Shown here: one piece after another, positions 27,151 to 38,809 of the stretch
Numbering within the stretch: position 1 is the stretch's first letter
Layout: the number at the start of each line of letters is the position of its first letter
NCBI RefSeq assembly: GCF_006345805.1
Contig: NC_043002.1
Coordinates: 63,736,001 to 63,800,000 of the forward strand
DNA length: 64,000 nt
From: Octopus sinensis
Lineage: Eukaryota
Direction: 5' to 3'
Translations under genes and position numbers: made by a program
Notes under the pieces: model-generated
Database searches by the model: none
What the model was told of the DNA's origin: nothing
What the model saw: only the letters and a program-made list of their open reading frames with translations

Positions 27151-27911
27151 GCCGGCTAATCGTCACCGTACTCCTTGTCGTAATCATCACCATTTTATTT
27201 TCACCATTCTGTCGTCTTCATCTTTAATATCTTGCATCCTCTACAGATTTCTTCACAATAATAATCAGAATACCTATTAGCATCAACGCGATTGTTATCA
27301 TTATCGTCAGCATCCCCGTCTTCCTCATCACCATTGTGATCATCATTATCATAACCTTCAGTTTCCTCTGCATTCTCAACAACGTAAACATGAACTGCTG
27401 AAATAACATCCGTAACACAGAAATCGTCATGTATCCGGACAGCAATATTCGAATTTCAACAAACACTATTAATATAAAACAGCTACGAAAACAAAGGCTA
27501 ACATAAAAACTAAATAATAGTGAAGAGGCAAACAATAATAACAGCCGACATTGCTGTTTGTTTGACACCTGAGTTTAAATTTAATTTAATTTAATTTAAT
27601 TCAATAGAAATTTGCATAATTATTCACAGGATTTCTTAGGTGAGTTGCTTGAGCAATCATTTAAGATCCGCGTCAGAGAATAACCCTACAACTAATTCTA
27701 TTTTCTGCGAATTGTTATGCGAATGTATATGTGTGTGTGTGTGTATATATATGTGCATATGTGGGTGAGTGTTTTGCGTGCGTGTGTGAGTACGTGTGTC
27801 TGTAGATAGATATATAGATTGATAGAGAGATAAATGGATAGATAGAGAGATAGACAGACAGATATATTGATAGATAGATAGATAGATAGATAGATATATA
27901 GAGATGGATAT

Positions 27912-27971
<60 letters not shown>

Positions 27972-28038
27972 TAGATAGATAGATAGATAGATAAATAGAT
28001 AGACAGACAAACAGGTAGATAGATAGGTAGATATATAA

Positions 28039-29278
28039 GTTTCATTATTGGCCACACAGGGCTGCACACAGATGGGACAAGTTACAAGGTAGAGCTTTTC
28101 TTTTGGGGGAGAAAGAAAAAAAAATGTAGCGTAGGTTTTCGATCAAAAGGGATCGTAAAAGGAAAAAAAGAACAAAAAGAAAGAAAAAAAGAAAGAAAGG
28201 AAAAGAAAAAAAGGAAAAGAAAAAAAAGAAAAATAGGAAAGTAAAACAAAGAAAAAGTGAAAAAAAGAAAAGAAAAATGAAAAAAGAAGAAAAAAGAGGA
28301 AAAAAGGGGGAGAGGAAAAATTACGATCAATAGGGATCGTGTATCACAGTGTCATGATGTGTGGTGTAAAGGGGAAAGCAAGTAAGGTTTATCCGTGGGA
28401 AGAAAAGCCTACGAAAAAGACCACGGTAACCTTGGTCAATATTGTTATATGTTACCACATTTGTTTGCAAGTGGGTAACCCTCTGTTTTCAATTTCTGGC
28501 TTCATAGGATTATGCTCAAGGTGGCTTCGTCATTCATACGTGCCATCCTTGCTACATTCACCCATCCTTTTTTAAAACGTTCGCTAGACAAAACTTGCCT
28601 CTCTACTCTCACTTTCCTTTTCAAGTGGTACTTGTAGAAGTTGATGAGAGATTGACCAGAGAGGAAAGTGTTTGTCTCCAATCCTTTCAGACGCGTCCAC
28701 CAGATACATTCTTTCGCCATAGCCACAAGGATGATGAAAATAGGTCTTCCTTCCCGTTTGAAGGAAGGAGGCGTGACAATATTGACGATAGACTCAGCTG
28801 ATAAACCGACTCGTCCCACACGTGACAGCAGTTGTTCGACATAAGCCCATAGATCGGAAATTGTTGGACACTGCACGCGTGCGTGCAGAAAGGTTTCGTC
28901 GCTCTGGCCGCATCTCGGGCAGGTCGGCCCCGTGTTTCTCGAGCCGTGTCTGTAGATCTTATCCCGAACGGCTAGCGCTTCTCGGTAGCACTGCCAGGCC
29001 AGGGATCTCTGGAAGTCGTCCATGGGCCCTGGTCCGAAAGTCGTCCCGAAGAGGCGGGTCAGGTATTCCTCGTCGACGTCCAGGTTCGCCCCGAGCTCGT
29101 CGTCGTACCTCCCCTCCACTAATCCCCTATAGAATGCTTTGGTTGTGATGGAGTCACTCAAGGTTGACTCAGGACAGCAGAGTTGCTTCAGAGCAACGCG
29201 ACACTCGCGGTGCCATTTGCCCTTCCTCAGCCTCTTTTTGATCCACGATTGCAGTTCGGTCATGAAGATGAGCTGCGG
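28039..29278 (-). mobile_element. 5'-truncated Tx1/L1-clade LINE, copy 2 (ORF2 C-terminus and 3' UTR)
   Basis: ORF 28502-29263 (ELQSWIK...CPRCGQSDETFLHARVQCP...TLSIIL) is homologous to the copy-1 C-terminus; 3' end ...gtgtggccaataatgaaac runs into (TATC)n; 5' end abuts the (TATC)-like tail of copy 1. Confidence 0.9.
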
Positions 29279-29735
29279 ATGTAAGTAGGTAGGTAGATAA
29301 ATAGATAGCTAGCAAGATAGATAGAGATATAGATAGATATGTTTCTTTATTAGCCACACAGGGCTGCACACAGATAGAACAAATTACAAGGTAGAGCTTT
29401 TCTTTTGAAGGTTTAAAAAAAAAAAAATAATAATAATAATAAAATAAAAAATAAAATAAAATAAAAAAGGGGGGTCGATCAAAAGGGATCGTAAAAGGAG
29501 AGAAAGAGGACAAAAAAGGGGGGGGTAAAAAAGGGGGAGAGGAAAAAATTGATCAATAGGGATCGTTATCACAGAAATGTCAATATGAAGTGTAAAGGGG
29601 AGGACAGGTGAGGTTTACCCGTGGAAAGAAAAGCCTACGGAAAAGACCACGGTAACCTCGGTCAATGAAGTCACATGTTATATTTCTTTTTTTTTTTTTT
29701 GCAAATAAGCAACTCTCTGTATTAATTTTTACGGT

Positions 29736-32700
29736 TCATAGAATCATAGTCAAGGTGGCTTCGTCATTCATACGTGCCATCCTTGCTACATTCACCCATC
29801 TTTTTTTAAAACATTCACTAGACAAAACTTGCCTCTCTACTCTCACTTTTTTCTTCAAGTGATACTTGAAGAAGTTGATGAGAGATTGACCAGAGAGGAA
29901 AGTGTTTGTCTCTAATCCTTTCAGACGCGTCCACCAGATACATTCTTTCGCCATAGCCACAAGTATGATAAAAATAGCTCTTCCTTCCTTTTGAAGGAAG
30001 GAGGCGTGACGATATTAACGATAGACTCGGCGGATAAACCGACACGTCCCACACGTGACAGCAGTCGTTCGACATAAGCCCACAGGTGGGAAATTGCTGG
30101 ACACTGCACGATTGCGTGCAGAGCGGTTTCGTCGCTCTGACCGCATCTCGGGCAGGTCGGCCCCGTGTTTCTCAAGCCATGCCTATAGAGCTTATCCCGA
30201 ACGGGTAGCGCTTCTCGGTAGCACCGTCAGGCAGGGATCTCTGGAAGTTGTCCATAGGTCCCGGCCGAAAGTCGTTTGAAACAGGCGGGTCAGGTATTCC
30301 TCGTCGACGCCCAGGTTTTCCCCGAGCTCGTCGTCGTACCTCCCCTCCACTAATCCCCTATAGAATGCTTTGGTTGTGTTGAAGTCACTCAAGGTCGACC
30401 CGGGACGGCAGAGTTGCTTGAGAGCAACGCGACACTCGCGGTGCCATTCGCCCTTCTTCGGCCTCTTTTTGATCCACGACTGTAGTTCGGTCATGGAAAC
30501 GAGCTGCGGGAATGCGTGCCTCACAAACGGCGACCACACCTGTTCACCGTCGTCTACATAGAGCCGGAGATGTCGCAGTCTCAGCGCGTGTCTGCGCATC
30601 ATCAACCACGGCATGCCCAGCCCTCCTTTTAACGGGTGTTGACAGCAAATGGATCGCCTGACCATCGGGACGCATCCTTTCCACAAGAAGCGGAAGAGGA
30701 TGCGTTCTAGTTTGGTGATGGTAGGGTCGGGACAAGGTACGACGGTCATGCGGTAGTAGATGATGGACGCGATGTATGCGTTCACCACCTCCGCCCGACC
30801 TTTCCTCTCGGCCCATTGCTGGGCGAGAGTGACCACCCTACTCGTTATCTCGTTCCAGTTCTTCTCCATTTGGAGGTCCGGACCGAACCAGACCCCGAGC
30901 AACTCAACCGGGCCGTCTGTTCAGCGTCCCACGACGGAGGTACTGGTGGACGGCATGGGTTTGCTTCTCCAGGTGCCGAGCCGCAAGCCCACTGACTTTT
31001 CCCGGTTGATTTTTGCTCCTGTCACCGCTTCGTAGTCTTTCAGTGTCTCGCCGACCCGCTCGATGTGCTCGTGGCTTGACACTATGACGGTGACGTCGTC
31101 CGCGTATGCAGACACGCTCGTCCCGCATCCTAATTCTCGCGGGATGACCCTCAGAGTCGCCAGCTTCCGCAGTAGTGGCTCAAGAGTCAATACGTATAGA
31201 AGCGCCGAGAGGGGGCATCCCTGACGGACCGAACGTGCAATGTCGAAGGGTCTCGATAGATGTCCATTTACGCGAATTACCGAACGGATGCCTCTGTACA
31301 AGGCAGCTATCCAGCCGCGGAAGACGGGACCGAAACCAGCCGCTCTCAGGACTGCCTCCAAGTATCGATGGTCTACCCTACCAAAGGCTTTCGATTGATC
31401 CAAGTTGATCAGGGCCCCACCCATGCCAGGTTCGTTAACTACCCTGTCTATGATGTAGCGCATCAGATGGAGGTTGTCATGGATGCTCCGGCCCGGCACG
31501 GCGCATGTTTGTGCGTTGTCGACCAGTTTCTCCATGACAAGCGCCAACCTCTTGGCTAACACCTTTGTCAAAATTTTCAGGTCTGCATTGAGCAGAGTGA
31601 TTGGCCTAAAGTTATCTATAATGTTTCCCTTGTTTGGATCTTTCTTCAGCAGAGTTACAGCTCCTCGACTCACAAAACCGAGTATGCTCCCGTTTTGCTG
31701 CCAGTTGCAGTATACCGCTGCCAAGACATCTCCAAACAAGTCTGGCATACAATAGTAAAATTCGTAGGGTAGACCATCCAAACCCGGTGATTTGTCCCTC
31801 GAGCATTCTGCCATCGCTTCCCGCACTTCCGCCGCCGTGATGGCACCTTCGCAGCACCCTGTCTTTCTTGTCGAGAGTCGTGGCAGGCTATGTAGGTAGG
31901 CACTGAAGTCTACCCTACGTTCTTGCCCTCCACTCGTCCCGAACAGTCGGGCAAAATGCTGCTGAAAGGCCTCACACATTTTACTTGGCTCGAGCAATCG
32001 CGCCCCTGTTCATCTACCAGTGACCGAATGGTGGCTTTGTTGCCCTGTTGCGCCTCTGCCACCCGGGCCTCTCTCGCGGCTCCAACACCTTCGTTCCTTA
32101 GAGCACGCATCCTAGCTCTGACAGCACATCCTTCGTGTTTGGCGTTGAAGTGTTGGTCGAGGGCCAACCTCGCCGCCAAAACGTCGGATGCGATGCCGCT
32201 TCTAATTGCCTCTTCTAGCTTCTTAACTAGCTCACCCTCTACTCTATTTCTATCTATGGCTAGTGCTTTGCTGTACCTAATCGCTTCTGCTTTTACTGCT
32301 CTCTTGAGGGCAAACCACCATTTGTTGTTGATGATGGCTCCCGTCAAAGCCCTCTTTACTAGTGTGCTAATCCGGTCTCTGAAAACTTGTCTGGACGGGA
32401 ATGATGCGTTCAGTTTCCAGTACCCAGGACTCTGTCTATGTGCCTTATCTAAGTCTAGCGTACACGTCACCAATTTGTGATCCGTGTAGCTGACTGTGTG
32501 GAATTGTGGACATCCTAAGTATCCTTGTCTACTGTCCTACACAGTATCCTATCTAGATACGATCTCGACGACCCACTGCGGTTGCTCCATGTCCACGTTG
32601 GTGCATTTGGGTGGTCGAGTCGGTACCTGTCAGACAGTTGGAATCGTCTGAGCAGGTCTCTGAGGCATTTGCATCCCCTTCTGTTTCTGTCTCGTAGTCT

Positions 32701-33149
32701 ACATGCGTGTCCAAGGTAGCATTCCAATCCCCCACTAAGAGTAAAGGACGAGACGTTCCCAAGAATACTTCTAGACGTCGAAAGAAATCCGCCCGACCTG
32801 TTAAGGGCGGTGCGTAGACTGATACGAGTCGAAAAGCGCACCCATTGCTGCCGTCAACATCCAGAACGATCAGTCTACCCTCCGGGTCTACGAATATCGT
32901 CTTGACTTCGAGATCCAGGCTCTTGTGAAAAAGTACCGCGGTGCCACTACCGCCCATCCTCGGCAGACAGGGAGCGAAATAAATGTTAAACTGTCCGCCT
33001 AACATGGACTTTAGGGCCCGTGGCTCGTGGAGTCTGGTCTCACTTATGGCTATGATTCCCAAATCATGTGACTTGATGTCATTTAGGAGGTATCCTTGTT
33101 TCCAAGGAGACCCCAAGCCACGCGCATTCACACAACCAATCTTGACCAT
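29736..33149 (-). pseudogene. Tx1-clade ORF2 (APE endonuclease + reverse transcriptase), split by about 6 frameshifts
   Basis: MVKIGCVNARGL...AISETRL...LLLVGDWNA...SYLDRIL; GYWKLN; KSPGLDGLPYEFY, FRPITLLNADLKIL, LDQSKAFGRVDH, VRQGCPLSALLY, AYADDVTV; CPRCGQSDETALH. Confidence 0.93.
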
Positions 33150-33199
33150 GATTCTATTGGGGTGTGTGCTTTAAAACACACAAATGAAAGTACAGAGAG

Positions 33200-34156
33200 T
33201 TACTTACTTGTGTCGAAAGTTTTGGCTTCCTCGTTCTTTGATGTGTCTTCAAGGAGGTTTCTATATAGTTTTTGGGACAGATATTTCTGGAAACCCCCTA
33301 CAGCATTTGGGAAGAGGGCTTTGAGTTTGTGGTGTTGTGTTTGTGTGATGTGTAGTATTTTGATGTGTTTGGGTGGTGTAGTGCGTGGATGATTGCTATT
33401 TTTAAAGTCATCTTCACAAATGTTTGTGTATCCTGTGATGTACTCCATTAGTTTGGAGTCTTTTGTGTCTATCGCTGATAGCATTGTTTTTGTGGTATTG
33501 GTGCTTGTTTTGTTGTGTATGGAGTTTTCAGGGTTCAGGTATCTCCCTGCTTTGGTTGCGATTTCTTGTTTGGTTTTTCTTGATCTTTTTCTTTTAACCC
33601 CTGTGGCTATTTGCCATTCTGTCGAACTTTCATCGTTAGATGAAAAGTCTGACGAATCAGCAGGGGGCAAGGGTAAAGCGTCTGGGTGTGTTTGTGCGGT
33701 TGTAGATATTGTTGTGGTGCGCGGGGAGGGTGTTGCTGGGGGGTTTGTTGTGGTTATTGTCTCTCCTACATCCTTGGTGCTTGTCTTCTTCGTTGTTATT
33801 CTTGGTGTTGGAATTGGTTTATTTGTTATTGGTGGTGATGATTCTGTTCTTGGCGCTGGTGTTGGTGTTGTTTGGTTGGGTTGGCTTGTTCTTTGTTGTT
33901 TTTCCTGCATTTCCGCATACAGCTTCTTGACTAGCTGTCCATATTGTGGTGTGGGCAATAATCCTGGCTTTTGTGATTTTTCCTGTGGCTGTTGTTGTTG
34001 TTGTAATTTTGCGGCAGATTTGCACTCCTTTTTGAGGTGTGCCTCACTGCCACATGTATAGCATCGTGGCCTTCTGCCCTCGACTACTACGTACAACTTG
34101 CGGCCATCCTCAAGATGTACGTGGGTGGGGATTTTATTTATGTCCTCTTGACTTAT
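33200..34156 (-). pseudogene. Tx1-clade ORF1 (gag-like), 5'-truncated
   Basis: RPRCYTCGSEAHLKKEC = C-x2-C-x4-H-x4-C zinc knuckle, then a Q/P/T-rich region and basic KRKRSRK; stop 50 bp before the ORF2 ATG; the first ~40 aa of the supplied ORF are microsatellite. Confidence 0.85.
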
Positions 34157-34173
34157 GTCAAGAGGACAGAGAT

Positions 34174-34229
<56 letters not shown>

Positions 34230-35172
34230 TTAGATAGATAGAGAGATAGATGGATAGATAGATAGATAGATGCACACATACATAATCATATACACAAATA
34301 CATCGTCCATATGTGTGTGTTTTTGCGTGTCTGTGTCTGTGTCTGTGAAGTCGAGGTCTTACTTTTAAATCACAGGAAAGCAAAAAAATTCAGCAATTAT
34401 TAGGAAGACAAGGACGCGATATCGACGCGCAGTTATCACACATTGGAACGGTACAAATACAAGATATATGTGTTATTCTACAATTGGATATTAGAAATAA
34501 TATCTACAAGTATTTGATTAAGTATATACACATATATACATTATAAAATACACACACACACACGCACTTATGCGTACTTAATCGAACTACGCATCACAGA
34601 TTGCTTTCGATTGTATTCATTTATTTCCTATGTTACATTGGATGAATATTCTATATGTGTTAGTGTGTGTGTGTGTGTGTATGTGTGTGTGTGTGTGTGT
34701 CTATGTGTGTGTGAGTGTGTGTATGTCTCTTATCTCATTTTCTCCCCACGTCTCTCGGTCTATGTATGTGTGTGTGTGTGTGTGTATCAAAGTGTGTTTT
34801 GTGTGTGCACACGTGTGTGTAAGTGTGCACGTGTGTGTGTACCTTTGTGTGTTCGTGTGTAATTGTGTGTATAGATATAAATCTGAGATGCTAGGCTTTT
34901 TACGAGTAAAAACACCACTCAGCAGATATAACGTGCTAAAGATACACTTTGATATATTGGTGGAAAATGGTTGACTCGCTCGTCACTCCGATAAAAGAGT
35001 GCTGAACAAGATACAGTAAGATCCATGTCTCATGTCTTCTAACTGTCATCGACACCCTTTCCCTATCGTCATTGAACTTACAAAGAAAATATGATGATAT
35101 TGATGTTGGTGTCTTACTTGGAGGAACTAACTGCTTGATGAGGCCTTTCTGATCTTTAACTGCTTATGTTAG

Positions 35173-35204
35173 GGAGGAGAAATCCTTACAAATCATTCAT
35201 CCTT
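35173..35204 (+). CDS. Candidate micro-exon (32 nt)
   Basis: Acceptor ttatgttag, strong donor CTT|gtaagt; all three frames open, so frame is undetermined. Confidence 0.25.
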
Positions 35205-35331
35205 GTAAGTACTGGGATTGTAGCAGTTGTGTCTAGATAATATTTGATTATTTGATACAAAACATCGGTATTTAGAGCTAGATAAGTGACTCTTTTATCG
35301 GTCTAGTGTTCTGCTTTTTCTATATACCTAG

Positions 35332-35386
35332 GGATTATCGGAAACTGATACTGCAAATATTCGACGTCAAAGATACATGCATTGTA
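35332..35386 (+). CDS. Candidate exon (GLSETDTANIRRQRYMHC or DYRKLILQIFDVKDTCIV)
   Basis: Strong acceptor gttctgctttttctatatacctag, donor A|gtaaat; two open frames. Confidence 0.25.
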
Positions 35387-37243
35387 GTAAATCTTGCCAA
35401 AGGCTTTAGGAACTTTCATGGAATTGAGGAACATATATTTATGCTACACACAGAAAATCTGTTAAAAGCGATCTGTTAAAAGCAATATTACACCAAGAAA
35501 CACAGCTGGGAGCATTATTATGATCTTTATTTCAACAAAAGACGTTGTCTAGTACCAATACCACTACTATAGACACCACCTCAGCAGGATCACACCTGTA
35601 GTGCCATGGTAAATTTTATGAATCATCTGTTGACAACTGCAACAAATTGCCACCAAAATTTTGGAGTTTTTAAATTAAAAGTCTTTAATTAAAATTGAAT
35701 AATAGCAGTCTGTCAACGAAGATTTTACTCATTATTCGTATGTCATTGTACATATTTTTCGAAAATGATATGCAGTAATCGAACGCCGCATGAATTGTAC
35801 ACCGTATAGAACTATTGACCAGTGCAACAAAGCAACATCAAAACGTTGATCACCAATCGTCCTTTCCAGTATGCATGATAATCTATAATCAGATACACGT
35901 GTGTATCTTGTTGAAGCTCACTTCATTTAGAACACCATATATAAACATAAAACCTTCAGAGGAATGTAATTAAAAACAACAGAGTATACCAATTATTCAA
36001 CTCACCAAATATTTTATAGTAATATATATAAGGAATGTGGAAATTCCGTCTTATTTAGAGTTCTTCTATTTGTGTACTGATAGTATTTGTCAAGATGTTA
36101 GTGATAAAGAAGAAGAAAAAAATTTGATTTCGATTAGAGTGATGATAAACATTCCCCATTCGAAATACGAGTCTTGAACCGAATCCAAAGGAATTAATAT
36201 TTAATAGAACAAACCAAAGATCAAAAAATAAATCATCCACCAATGCATATCGAACAAGATTTTTATCGACATTCGACAAATTGGAATTTATCTGTTTTCG
36301 ATTTTTAATTTTATTCCTCATCATGGTATTTCCCTTCAGGTTTTATAATATTCCTTCGTCTCCGAAATATTGCTCGAATTTTAATATGAACAGCAATTAA
36401 TTTTATCCTTCCGACAATCTTTCCGCCTTTTTTCCAGCCCTCGGAAGAAAATTAACTTTAATGCTCACTATAAACACAAATAGAAAACACCAAATCATAA
36501 AACCAATAATTGTTTTTTAAATAAACATCGATGCAAGAGATTATTAGTAGGCAAGTGTGAGGAGTGTGAGAGAAATGAAAGAGAAGACCTGGGGATAATA
36601 TCAGAGATCTTTCTTTACCAAATAAATTATAAACTTAAATGAGGCAATAAGATTTTAATCAGAAAGGCAGAACGGGCGGTAAATTCACGTGGTTTGTTCT
36701 TTGTGTACTCAACTCCAATAAGTTGTAATGCAAAAATTCTGATTAATTATAACTATAAACATGTCGGGAAACGCTGCATGCCTTTCCAAGATCACATTTC
36801 TGTATAAGGTATATATGATTTTTATCTTGGTTTGAAGATAATGATTTATTTTCTGTTAGTTTTTAGATTATTCCAGGAAACAATTTTTAAATGCCTAGCT
36901 ACGAGCAAAAGGGATGATGCACGTGTGCTTTGCAAATCTCGCATTTCGGCGCGGTTTATCTCCAGCTCAGCCTAACATCTTGATTAATATAGTCCAATTA
37001 TGTGCAACTATTTACAGATATAGGAGATAGGATATCAAATCTCGAATTATTACTGTTTTGGAATAATGCAAAGAATAGTGTGATGTTATAGAAAAAAGGG
37101 GCCATTAGTTTGTAGCAATGTCATTACGCGGGGTAGGACTGACTGTGACATTCGCCGTTCTTGCTTGAACGTACGTAGAATTTTCCGATGAATGCATATA
37201 TATTTCATTATTGATATACAAAGTAAAACGTGTTTGTCTGTAG

Positions 37244-37282
37244 CTATTGATAATATATGTGTGCACTTTAATCCGTGCGAAT
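37244..37282 (+). CDS. Candidate 39-nt exon (IDNICVHFNPCE, or LLIIYVCTLIRAN)
   Basis: Acceptor tgtttgtctgtag, donor AAT|gtgagt, both near consensus. Confidence 0.3.
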
Positions 37283-38809
37283 GTGAGTAGTGTGAATGTA
37301 TATTAGGAGTGCCGTTAGAATTATCAACACTCCAGATATTTTGAGAAATATATTTGTATATCGGAGAGGGAATTTCTTCATGTTCAATCTTTTCTCTTCT
37401 GGAAGGAGTGAGAATATTTGTACTTACATGTCACCCTTTAATTATTTATGTAGTCATTCATTCATTCATTCATTCATTCATTCATTTAACAATATATTTG
37501 TTTATATGTTTTTATTTAAACTCAATTCAAATTCATCTTCCGCCCATATTCAAAGGGATGTGATTCAGCTCTATTTTGTACATTTGTTGTAATGGACACA
37601 TACAAGAGGTTGTTGCTGCTGTATCATGATATTGTTATTAAAATTATCATAGCTGTGAGTTTATGGTATTCGTCTTCTTTGCATTGTTTCCTTTCAAATA
37701 GTAATTGCAAAAATGTATGCGATTATGTGCTTCTGTTTTTATCGACAAACTTTTACTCGGAACATCAATAAAATTGCTCTCTCCTCCATACCCTCTTGCA
37801 CTCTAATGAGTTTATGCTCTTGTTTCAGACACACTTAAATATCAATTCCAAGTGTCATACATCCATTTAAAATTTTGAACAGATTGCATCTATTTTGTAT
37901 TGACAAATATCACACAAAATGATTTCCTCTAAATAGAGAAATTTTGTAGAGAAAGCTAATGTACTTGATGTTTCTTCCATTCGCGAAAATGAAATAAAGG
38001 AACTGATATAACATTCCATTCAGGTCGACTTTCCGATAATTGTTGTAAATCTTAGGATCGGACATGAAGCTTTAACGTCAGTGTTTCCATTTTTGAAGCT
38101 AGCACAAATGTGTCTACCCTCAGGCACGACTGGTGGGAAGAGTGCACTAGACTGTTAGCCGATTGGGTAAATTCGAAGTGACAGAAAAAATGGTATAAAG
38201 AAATGTCTGAGATGATGACGAATGTTAATTACAAGAATTTAGGGGCTTTCTCCATAAAGACCGATTGGTTTATCGAAGGGAGGAGACCGATATTGATCGT
38301 AGAGGATAAAAAGGCTTCATAGAACTGACACGGAATATAATGAAAATAGAGTGGATACAAATAAAATTTGAAAAACCTCAGGAAGTAGCCAAGAAATTGT
38401 GGAATGCAAAAGTGATAGTCATTCGTCTCGTAATTAGTGCTCTTGTCACAACAGAGACAAAAGTAAACAAAAGCCTAAGGGATATCGGAACGGCGGAACA
38501 CACAATTTGCCTTTAAAAAAGTGGCATTGTGTATTCCCAAAACTACTAATAAAGGTTCTTATGGTTTAAGGAGACTTGTCCCCAGGGCTCAAGACAACAT
38601 CTCAGTTACAGCAATTTTTAAAGTGATGCAGTGTTCCGAAAGTAATTCTATCAAAGACTGAACAAATATGACATTTGGAACTTCCACACCAAAATGTTTC
38701 AGATATTTGATTTGAGCATTATAATTATACCATAACAGCAACTGAAAATTGAAACCAACTAGATCAATTGAAGGTGCAATAAAAACACCTGACAATACTA
38801 ATGAATTAG

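Larger units (their letters stand above)
29341..34168 (-). mobile_element. Near full-length Tx1/L1-clade LINE, copy 1 (ORF1 5'-truncated, ORF2 frameshifted)
   Basis: ORF1 with CCHC knuckle; ORF2 with APE endonuclease, RT and C-terminal Cys motif; 3' end ...ctaataaagaaac followed by (TATC)n; 5' junction in (TATC)n at 34169-34270. Confidence 0.95.

Noticed and set aside
30370-34061. + strand ORFs such as 31923..32480 and 33393..34061
   Set aside because: Antisense shadows of the GC-richer Tx1 ORF1/ORF2
34157-34279. N-terminal extension of supplied ORF 33200..34279 (MCASIYLSIHL...)
   Set aside because: Read-through from the (TATC)n flank and the fold-back; not the native ORF1 start
37900-38520. 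Semi-open frame (…RHDWWEECTRLLADW…WYKEMSEMM…) upstream of the PLE
   Set aside because: Multiple stops and no motif linking it to the PLE or another family
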